Part shown: one piece after another, positions 1-10,115 of the stretch
How positions within the stretch are numbered: the stretch's first letter is position 1
Layout: each line of letters opens with the position of its first letter
Source: Nemertoderma westbladi
Lineage: Eukaryota; Animalia; Xenacoelomorpha
NCBI GenBank assembly: GCA_032718475.1
Contig: JAUCBJ010002612.1
Coordinates: forward strand, 1 to 37,116
Direction of reading: 5' to 3'
DNA: 37,116 bases
Made by a program: the position numbers and the translations under genes
Notes under the pieces: generated by a model
Seen by the model: only the letters and a program-made list of their open reading frames with translations
Databases searched by the model: none
What the model was told of the DNA's origin: nothing

Positions 1-3000
1 AGTGGAGGGGATAGGGAGTGATGGTGATAGGGAGTGGTGGGGATAGGGAGTGGTGGGGATAGGGAGTGGTGGGGATAGGGAGTGGTGGGATAGGGAGTGG
101 TGGGGATATGGAGTGGATGGGATAGGGAGTGGAGGGGATAGGAAGTGGTGGGATAGGGAGTGGAGGGGATAGGGAGTGGATGGGGATAGGGAGTGGTGGG
201 GATAGGGAGTGGTGGGGATAGGGAGTGGTGGGGATAGGGAGTGGTGGGGATAGGGAGTGGTGGGGATATGGAGTGGATGGGATAGGGAGTGGTGGGGATA
301 GGGAGTGGTGGGATAGGGAGTGGTGGGATAGGGAGTGGAGGGGATAGGTAGTGGTGGGGATAGGGAGTGGTGGGGATAGGGAGTGGTGGGGATAGGGAGT
401 GGTGGGGATAGGGAGTGGTGGGGATAGGGAGTGGAGGGGATAGGGAGTGGTGGGGATAGGGAGTGGATGGGGATAGGGAGTGGTGGGGATAGGGAGTGGT
501 GGGGATAGGGAGTGGTGGGATAGGGAGTGGTGGGGATAGGGAGTGGATGGGATAGGGAGTGGAGGGGATAGGAGTGGTGGGATAGGGAGTGGTGGGGATA
601 GGGAGTGGAGGGATAGGTAGTGGTGGGGATAGGGAGTGGTGGGGATAGGGAGTGGTGGGGATAGGGAGTGGTGGGGATAGGGAGTGGTGGGGATAGGGAG
701 TGGTGGGGATAGGGAGTGGATGGGGATAGGGAGTGGTGGGGATAGGGAGTGGTGGGGATAGGGAGTGGTGGGGATAGGGAGTGGTGGGGATAGGGAGTGG
801 TGGGGATAGGGAGTGGATGGGATAGGGAGTGGAGGGGATAGGGAGTGGTGGGGATAGGGAGTGGTGGGGATAGGGAGTGGAAGGGATAGGGAGTGGTGGG
901 ATAGGGAGTGGTGGGGATAGGGAGTGGTGGGGATAGGGAGTGGAGGGGATAGGGAGTGGTGGGGATAGGGAGTGGAGGGGATAGGGAGTGGTGGGGATAG
1001 GGAGTGGAGGGGATAGGGAGTGGTGGGGATAGGGAGTGGATGGGATAGGGAGTGGTGGGATAGGGAGTGGGGGGATAGGGAGTGGTGGGGATAGGGAGTG
1101 GAGGGGATAGGGAGTGGTGGGGATAGGGAGTGGAGGGGATAGGGAGTGGTGGGGATAGGGAGTGGAGGGGATAGGGAGTGGTGGGGATAGGGAGTGGTGG
1201 GGATAGGGAGTGGTGGGGATAGGGAGTGGATGGGATAGGGAGTGGTGGGGATAGGGAGTGGTGGGGATAGGGAGTGGTGGGGATAGGGAGTGGTGGGATA
1301 GGGAGTGGGGGGATAGGGAGTGGTGGGGATAGGGAGTGGAGGGGATAGGGAGTGGTGGGGATAGGGAGTGGAGGGGATAGGGAGTGGTGGGGATAGGGAG
1401 TGGAGGGGATAGGGAGTGGAGGGGATAGGGAGTGGTGGGGATAGGGAGTGGTGGGGATAGGGAGTGGATGGGGATAGGGAGTGGATGGGGATAGGGAGTG
1501 GAGGGGATAGGGAGTGGTGGGGATAGGGAGTGGTGGGGATAGGGAGTGGTGGGGATAGTGGTAGTGGTGGGGATAGGGAGTGGAGGGGATAGGGAGTGGT
1601 GGGGATAGGGAGTGGTGGGGATAGGTAGTGGTGGGGATAGGGAGTGGAGGGGATAGGGAGTGGTGGGGATAGGTAGTGGTGGGGATAGGGAGTGGTGGGG
1701 ATAGGATAGGTAGTGGTGGGGATAGTGGGATAGGGAGTGGTGGGGATAGGGAGTGGTGGGGATAGGGAGTGGTGGGGATATGATAGGTAGTGGTGGGGAT
1801 AGGGAGTGGTGGGGATAGGGAGTGGTGGGGATAGGGAGTGGTGGGGATAGGGAGTGGTGGGGATAGGGAGTGGAGGGGATAGGGAGTGGTGGGGATAGGG
1901 AGTGGAGGGGATAGGGAGTGGAGGGGATAGGGAGTGGTGGGGATAGGGAGTGGTGGGGATAGGGAGTGGTGGGGATAGGGAGTGGAGGGGATAGGGAGTG
2001 GTGGGGATAGGGAGTGGATGGGGATAGGGAGTGGTGGGGATAGGGAGTGGTGGGGATAGGGTAGTGGTGGGGATAGGGAGTGGTGGGGATAGGGAGTGGT
2101 GGGGATAGGGTAGTGGTGGGGATAGGGAGTGGAGGGGATAGGGAGTGGTGGGGATAGGGAGTGGTGGGGATAGGGAGTGGTGGGGATAGGGAGTGGAGGG
2201 GATAGGGAGTGGTGGGGATAGGGAGTGGTGGGGATAGGGAGTGGTGGGGATAGGGAGTGGAGGGGATAGGGAGTGGTGGGGATAGGGAGTGGTGGGGATA
2301 GGGAGTGGTGGGGATAGGGAGTGGTGGGGATAGGGAGTGGAGGGGATAGGGAGTGGTGGGGATAGGGAGTGGAGGGGATAGGGAGTGGTGGGGATAGGGA
2401 GTGGAGGGGATAGGGAGTGGTGGGGATAGGGAGTGGAGGGGATAGGGAGTGGAGGGGATAGGGAGTGGTGGGGATAGGGAGTGGTGGGGATAGGGAGTGG
2501 TGGGGATAGGGAGTGGTGGGATAGGGAGTGGAGGGGATAGGGAGTGGTGGGGATAGGGAGTGGTGGGGATAGGGAGTGGTGGGGATAGGGAGTGGTGGGG
2601 ATAGGGAGTGGAGGGGATAGGGAGTGGTGGGGATAGGGAGTGGTGGGGATAGGGAGTGGTGGGGATAGGGAGTGGAGGGGATAGGGAGTGGTGGGGATAG
2701 GGAGTGGTGGGGATAGGGAGTGGTGGGGATAGGGAGTGGTGGGGATAGGGAGTGGAGGGGATAGGGAGTGGTGGGGATAGGGAGTGGATGGGATAGGGAG
2801 TGGTGGGGATAGGGAGTGGTGGGGATAGGGAGTGGTGGGGATAGGGAGTGGTGGGGATAGGGAGTGGTGGGGATAGGGAGTGGTGGGGATAGGGAGTGGT
2901 GGGGATAGGGAGTGGTGGGGATAGGGAGTGGTGGGGATAGGGAGTGGTGGGGATAGGGAGTGGTGGGGATAGGGAGTGGAGGGGATAGGGAGTGGTGGGG

Positions 3001-5947
3001 ATAGGGAGTGGTGGGGATAGGGAGTGGAGGGGATAGGGAGTGGTGGGGATAGGGAGTGGTGGGGATAGGGAGTGGTGGGGATAGGGAGTGGTGGGGATAG
3101 GGAGTGGAGGGGATAGGGAGTGGTGGGGATAGGGAGTGGAGGGGATAGGGAGTGGTGGGGATAGGGAGTGGTGGGGATAGGGAGTGGTGGGGATAGGGAG
3201 TGGAGGGGATAGGGAGTGGTGGGGATAGGGAGTGGTGGGGATAGGGAGTGGTGGGGATAGGGAGTGGTGGGGATAGGGAGTGGTGGGGATAGGGAGTGGT
3301 GGGGATAGGGAGTGGTGGGGATAGGGAGTGGTGGGGATAGGGAGTGGAGGGGATAGGGAGTGGTGGGGATAGGGAGTGGTGGGGATAGGGAGTGGAGGGG
3401 ATAGGGAGTGGTGGGGATGGGAGTGGTGGGGATAGGGAGTGGATGGGATAGGGAGTGGATGGGATAGGGAGTGGTGGGGATAGGGAGTGGTGGGGATAGG
3501 GAGTGGTGGGGATAGGGAGTGGTGGGGATAGGGAGTGGTGGGGATAGGGAGTGGTGGGGATAGGGAGTGGTGGGGATAGGGAGTGGTGGGGATAGGGAGT
3601 GGTGGGGATAGGGAGTGGAGGGGATAGGGAGTGGTGGGGATAGGTAGTGGTGGGGATAGGGAGTGGTGGGGATAGGATAGGTAGTGGTGGGGATAGGGAG
3701 TGGTGGGGATAGGGAGTGGTGGGGATAGGGAGTGGTGGGGATAGGGAGTGGTGGGGATAGGGAGTGGAGGGGATAGGGAGTGGTGGGATAGGGAGTGGTG
3801 GGGATAGGGAGTGGTGGGGATAGGGAGTGGAGGGGATAGGGAGTGGTGGGGATAGGGAGTGGTGGGGATAGGGAGTGGAGGGGATAGGGAGTGGTGGGGA
3901 TAGGGAGTGGTGGGGATAGGGAGTGGTGGGGATAGGGAGTGGAGGGGATAGGGAGTGGTGGGGATAGGGAGTGGTGGGGATAGGGAGTGGTGGGGATAGG
4001 ATAGGTAGTGGTGGGGATAGATAGGAGTGGTGGGGATAGGGAGTGGTGGGGATAGGGAGTGGTGGGGATAGATGGTAGTGGTGGGGATAGGGAGTGGAGG
4101 GGATAGGGAGTGGTGGGGATAGGGAGTGGTGGGGATAGGGAGTGGTGGGGATAGGGAGTGGAGGGGATAGGGAGTGGTGGGGATAGGGAGTGGTGGGGAT
4201 AGGTAGTGGTGGGGATAGGGAGTGGATGGGATAGGGAGTGGTGGGGATAGGGAGTGGTGGGGATAGGGAGTGGTGGGGATAGGGAGTGGTGGGGATAGGG
4301 AGTGGTGGGGATAGGGAGTGGAGGGGATAGGGAGTGGTGGGGATAGGGAGTGGAGGGGATAGGGAGTGGTGGGGATAGGGAGTGGAGGGGATAGGGAGTG
4401 GAGGGGATAGGGAGTGGTGGGGATAGGGAGTGGTGGGGATAGGGAGTGGATGGGATAGGGAGTGGATGGGATAGGGAGTGGAGGGGATAGGGAGTGGTGG
4501 GGATAGGGAGTGGTGGGGATAGGGAGTGGTGGGGATAGGGTAGTGGTGGGGATAGGGAGTGGAGGGGATAGGGAGTGGAGGGGATAGGGAGTGGTGGGGA
4601 TAGGGAGTGGTGGGGATAGGGAGTGGAGGGGATAGGGAGTGGTGGGGATAGGGAGTGGTGGGGATAGGGAGTGGTGGGGATAGGGAGTGGTGGGGATAGG
4701 GAGTGGAGGGATAGGGAGTGGTGGGGATAGGGAGTGGTGGGGATAGGGAGTGGTGGGGATAGGGAGTGGTGGGGATAGTGGAGTGGTGGGGATAGGGAGT
4801 GGTGGGGATAGGGAGTGGTGGGGATAGGGAGTGGTGGGGATAGGGTAGTGGTGGGGATAGGGAGTGGAGGGGATAGGGAGTGGTGGGGATAGGGAGTGGT
4901 GGGGATAGGGAGTGGTGGGGATAGGGAGTGGAGGGGATAGGGAGTGGTGGGGATAGGGAGTGGTGGGGATAGGGAGTGGAGGGGATAGGGAGTGGTGGGG
5001 ATAGGGAGTGGTGGGGATAGGGAGTGGTGGGGATAGGGAGTGGTGGGGATAGGGAGTGGAGGGGATAGGGAGTGGAGGGGATAGGGAGTGGAGGGGATAG
5101 GTAGTGGTGGGGATAGGGAGTGGTGGGGATAGGGAGTGGTGGGGATAGGGAGTGGAGGGGATAGGGAGTGGTGGGGATAGGGAGTGGTGGGGATAGGGAG
5201 TGGTGGGGATATGATAGGTAGTGGTGGGGATAGGGAGTGGTGGGGATAGGGAGTGGTGGGGATAGGGAGTGGTGGGGATAGGGAGTGGTGGGGATAGGGA
5301 GTGGAGGGGATAGGGAGTGGTGGGGATAGGGAGTGGTGGGGATAGGGAGTGGTGGGGATAGGGAGTGGAGGGGATAGGGAGTGGTGGGGATAGGGAGTGG
5401 TGGGGATAGGGAGTGGTGGGGATAGGGAGTGGTGGGGATAGGGAGTGGTGGGGATAGGGAGTGGTGGGGATAGGGAGTGGTGGGGATAGGGAGTGGTGGG
5501 GATAGGGAGTGGTGGGGATAGGGAGTGGTGGGGATAGGGAGTGGTGGGGATAGGGAGTGGTGGGGATAGGGAGTGGTGGGGATAGGGAGTGGAGGGGATA
5601 GGGAGTGGTGGGGATAGGGAGTGGTGGGGATAGGGAGTGGTGGGGATAGGGAGTGGTGGGGATAGGGAGTGGTGGGGATAGGGAGTGGTGGGGATAGGGA
5701 GTGGTGGGGATAGGGAGTGGTGGGGATAGGGAGTGGAGGGGATAGGGAGTGGTGGGGATAGGGAGTGGTGGGGATAGGGAGTGGTGGGGATAGGGAGTGG
5801 AGGGGATAGGGAGTGGTGGGGATAGGGAGTGGTGGGGATAGGGAGTGGTGGGGATAGGGAGTGGTGGGGATAGGGAGTGGTGGGGATAGGGAGTGGTGGG
5901 GATAGGGAGTGGTGGGGATAGGGAGTGGTGGGGATAGGGAGTGGTGG
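1..5947 (+). repeat. 16-bp G-rich minisatellite, consensus GGGGATAGGGAGTGGT, roughly 370 copies, extends beyond the left edge
   Basis: Continuous tandem array. Variants are mainly TGGT/TGGA, GGG/GGGG indels and occasional GGTAG. No C seen on the + strand. Confidence 0.98.
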
Positions 5948-6760
5948 AATTAACGAAGTGGTGAGGTTAGCGTTAGATTAGCAAACATTTTCGAAATGAA
6001 CTAACTTTTTTCTAAATTGGAATGGGGTTTCACAGTGCGGCGCACGATCTTCGGCTCCGAGGAAATGTGATTCATGGCAGTGGAATATACCGCTGACTGT
6101 ACACAGTGTACAGTAGGCCTACACCAAGGTAGAACTTAAGGTTAACTTCTGATAGTGAAACTATTAGAGGAATTTCATGGGGGGGGGGGGGGGGTCCCTT
6201 CCAATCGGTTTCTTGGGAATAAACTGGGAAAATAAAACTCTAATTCTGTTCAGAGTTCCGTGTTAAATAAAACCCACAGCACAATCACTCCACATTGTTC
6301 TCTTGACGCGCTCACGTAAATATTTATAAGAAGCGGTTTGCAGCAGCCTATCTGAAAGATTGTCAGAAATTCGTACAGTATGGGGAGACATTGCGAGAGT
6401 AAGCCTGCTGTTTAATCTCCCAGGAGTCGGAAGATTAGGCGATGGGACAGTATGGCAGTCTGATGTTGGTTGGTAATTAAGTCGTTGGCTGGCGTGACAG
6501 AGGGAATGCAGAACGTTTAGAATTTCAATATTCCATTACTAATTTTGCTTTACTGGTTAGCAGTATAATTTTATACCTATTGTACTCTAAGGTATAAACT
6601 AAAAAAACAACCGCCCCTCTACTACATTGTCAATGGCTAAGGCTAAGGCTTGCTTCTATAACCGGAAAAATGATAGGTAGGGGGGGGGGGGGGGTGTTCT
6701 TCACGCAATCAAAATTCAACCATCGCCTGGGAAATAGCTGAAAAAAATAACAACTGATTT

Positions 6761-8016
6761 TGTAAAAGCTTCTGTGGGATAGAACTGGCACTTAGCTCCG
6801 CAATCCAGTTATCCCCCCGTGCGCTCAAATACTCTAAAACCTTCTGTAAAAGCGTTTACGGATATAATCCGTTCCCTGGCCCGCAAAGTACCGTATAGGT
6901 GTTTTTAACGGACATAAAAATAATTCTTCTGGATGTATGCTTTAGCGGACATATTAAGGTATAAAAACCCGCAATACGGCATTTTCTCTATCACCATGTC
7001 GAGGGAAGGATTCAGATTACGACATCTACCAGCTGACTGCTGACGTGTAAGGGGCCATTGGACACATGGTTTCTTTGTTCCGCTTAACAGCCAATCAGAG
7101 CGATTTACCCTTTACCTGTGAAGACATTCTACGGATTTGTGATGGGTGAGTCAGTGTTGGTTTATTCTAAGCCAGGAACACCGGCTATAGAATCAATTCG
7201 TTTTCTGATTTTATAAGAAACATTAGTAGGCTTAGATTATAGAGCGTATAACTGTTATCGCATCTTATCGCATCGTTCCAACTCGGTCGAGTCACGGTCT
7301 ATATTGTATCATATCTTAACCTACCGTCTTACTGCTTTTACTGTTTGTCATTATTCGTATCAGTTGTTGGAATGTTATTATTTGGAGAATATCAACAAAT
7401 AACCCAAATTTCCCAATCTTCTTGATACACTACAGGTTAGAGAGACAGGTTACATAACGATTGCGACTTATATTATTGTGGTTTGTAATGAATCTAATGC
7501 TATTTGATAGCCACTACATGAGTCAATTGCTATTCTCTTTATACGTGATCAAAGTCAGTGACTGTCGGCAAACCTGTGAGCAGTATTGTGCGGTACCGGT
7601 AGTGTGTATGATTGTGAGTGGGACTGATAACTAAGCATTTCCTAAAGAATGCGTCTCATACGTGAATTCTAAGCCATATCGTTGCGTTTAGTATAAGTCA
7701 TAGCTCTGTTTACATAGATAGAGCGCCACGTCCTAAAGGAACTGCTAATATTTCCCGAAAGTGAATAATATTTGCCAGAGATTATATATTACTGATCAAT
7801 CGAATAATACATGTAGGCTTCACTGCAATAAATCTAAGCATACGAATCCAGTCTCCCGGGTGTAACCATCGGGTGAATGAACGCGCACAGGCTGGCTTCG
7901 GCTAATGTTGTGTTTATTTTGTATTAAATCTTGTCATCTTATAAAGCCAATTTACCAACAAAAGACATATAAATTTTGGCAGGTTAAACTGCTAAAGGTC
8001 TACAAAAGCGCGTACA
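6761..8016 (+). repeat. 5' LTR
   Basis: TG...CA termini; matches 18186-19441 with about 8 substitutions by eye and the same length. Confidence 0.97.
7041..7220 (+). promoter_or_regulatory. Putative LTR (U3) Pol II promoter
   Basis: TGACGT 7041-7046, AGCCAATCAG with CCAAT at 7091-7095, TGAGTCA 7147-7153, TATA-like TATAAGAAA 7212-7220, in the expected order. Motif-only evidence. Confidence 0.5.
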
Positions 8017-8027
8017 ATAACAGTTAT
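8017..8027 (+). promoter_or_regulatory. Primer-binding-site position, candidate self-priming PBS (ATAACAGTTAT)
   Basis: Directly follows the LTR-terminal CA and has no TGG. It is the exact reverse complement of LTR 7248-7258 (ATAACTGTTAT). Confidence 0.6.
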
Positions 8028-8082
8028 TGATCTTATTGCAGTAAGCAATAAGGTTGCAAAGTACCGGTCGACCGGTAAACTT

Positions 8083-8213
8083 GAACCGGTACTTCTGTAG
8101 GTCAGTAGGCCCAACTGCCATAACCGGTACTGCTGTAGGTCCGTAGGTCCAACTGTCAGAACCGGTACTTCTGTAGGTCAGTAGGCCCAACTGTCATAAC
8201 CGGTACTGCTGTA
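8083..8213 (+). repeat. 55-bp direct repeat in the retroelement leader (8083-8137 and 8159-8213)
   Basis: GAACCGGTACTTCTGTAGGTCAGTAGGCCCAACTGyCATAACCGGTACTGCTGTA occurs twice with 1 mismatch. Confidence 0.9.
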
Positions 8214-8381
8214 TAAGTACATTAGTATTATTCGATTTTGATTATTGTATACCGGTAGGTCTTGGTACTTAATCAGGGAACGGCCGCCCTGGTTTTTTAT
8301 CGAGATTTTACTTATTTCTGTCAGTTCTTATTTGCATGTAAGTTAATATTGAGCAGAAGACGTGTAAGTCTGCTCAGATTG

Positions 8382-8950
8382 TTCAGATCATTGTAGGCTG
8401 GACTGTTGTCTGACTGTTGTTAGGCTTGAAGATTACAGCGTGTGTAGAGTTGGTCTGATAAAGTGCCAGTTAGTAAGTTGGGGCAACTCGTAGTTGTAAG
8501 GTCAACCCCCTGCTAAAGAATAAGTCGTACTACCGTATTAGCACGCATACTAACTAACAATTTCGGAATCTGCATATACTGTAGTTTATTTAGGTTTGAT
8601 AGTAGTCCGTCAGCGTTTATCCTGTATTGTTTGTATAGTCTGTTCAGGTACCGTAATATTATTCAGATATTTTGTAGGCTGGATTGTTGTCTGGCTGTTG
8701 TTGGGTCTGAAGGAATTGCTGCGTGTGTAGAGTAAGTCTGATAAAGTGCCAGTTAGTAAGTTGGGGCAACTCGTAGTTGTAAGGTCAACCCCCTGCTAAA
8801 GAATAAGTCGTACTACCGTATTAGCACGCATACTAACTAACAGTTTCGGAATCTGCACATACTGTAGTTTGTTTAGGCTTGATAGTAGTCTGCCAGCATT
8901 TTGGTTTGTATTTTATTTGAGTATTCTGTACGGGTAGCGTAATATTTATT
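8382..8950 (+). repeat. ~283-bp tandem duplication in the leader with an identical 107-nt structured core
   Basis: 8453-8559 is identical to 8736-8842; the flanks are alignable but diverged. Confidence 0.9.
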
Positions 8951-10115
8951 ATTCAGAGTTTATGTGATTACTCGCAACATTCATGTCCACAAGTTTATTC
9001 CTACAGTAATTGTGTTTGTTATACATACCGTTATAGTTAAATTAACCCCGGTACTACACGGGCTGCTTGGCGTAGGTAAAGACTGGTGACTTTGTGCCCC
9101 AGTCACTCCAGCAGATGCTGTGGTTCTTTTAACTGTTCAAGTACATTTAACTACTGGTTATCTGTTTTACAAGTACTTGTACCTAATTTAGGGTTTAGTG
9201 TACAGTGCTTTCCGAAAGTAATTAGTGTAGGCATTATATTTGTGTTGTAAAGTGGTTGATAGGCACATTCGTTAGCTCTATTAACTTCTAGGTAGGAACA
9301 CTCCGTGATACATAACGTAGTACCTATAGCGATACGGCTGTAGGTCGTCAGGCGGTGGTATTTTTCTATCTGGACAACGCAGTATATTACTTCTGCTTAT
9401 TAATTTCAAATATCGTAGTATCCTGTCCGTTGTAATAACCAGAATTTCTAACCCTTTGTTAGACTGGTTCGTAGTTTCCCTGTTAAATTACCCTAAAAAT
9501 TCGTACGTATAGTTTTTTCGTGTGTTTATTAGAGATTGTAATCTCAACAATATTGTAAGTAATTAGTAGATAAGTAACGTAGGAGTAAAATTATCGTTTT
9601 AGTGTCCAATAAGTAGCACTTCACTGAGAGCGCACAGCTTCTGTGTAGTGATTATTTCCCAGAAATAGTAACATCTATTTCAGTATTGTAACAAAAACCC
9701 CTTATCATCAGGATATATATATATATATTATAAATCAACTTAAAAGATTTATAAACTAGTAGGCCTGTCATACAACAATTAGGTCTTAATATCAGTTGGA
9801 CTACTGCTAAAATAACGGTAATAGAGTAAACTCAAGTAACTAAGTAACCTTATAATTTCAGAAATTCAATTATCCTAAATAATTGATATACCGGTATCTA
9901 TAATAGGCTTATTATATAGTTGTATATATTTGCACTGAAATTATATACCGGTATTCTGTGACAAACCTAGTCTGCAATACTTATATATTATAAGTGTATA
10001 CCGGTATCCTAATATATTGTAATTAATTACCGGTACTAGGCCAACAGTCCTACTGAATTACTAGAATTGCTTTAACTGTAACTATAGCAGTAGGCATTCA
10101 ACTGTATAACTAAAT

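Noticed and set aside
1-5947. Telomere
   Set aside because: The unit is not TTAGGG/TTAGG-like, and a left chromosome end would be C-rich on the + strand, whereas this is G-rich.
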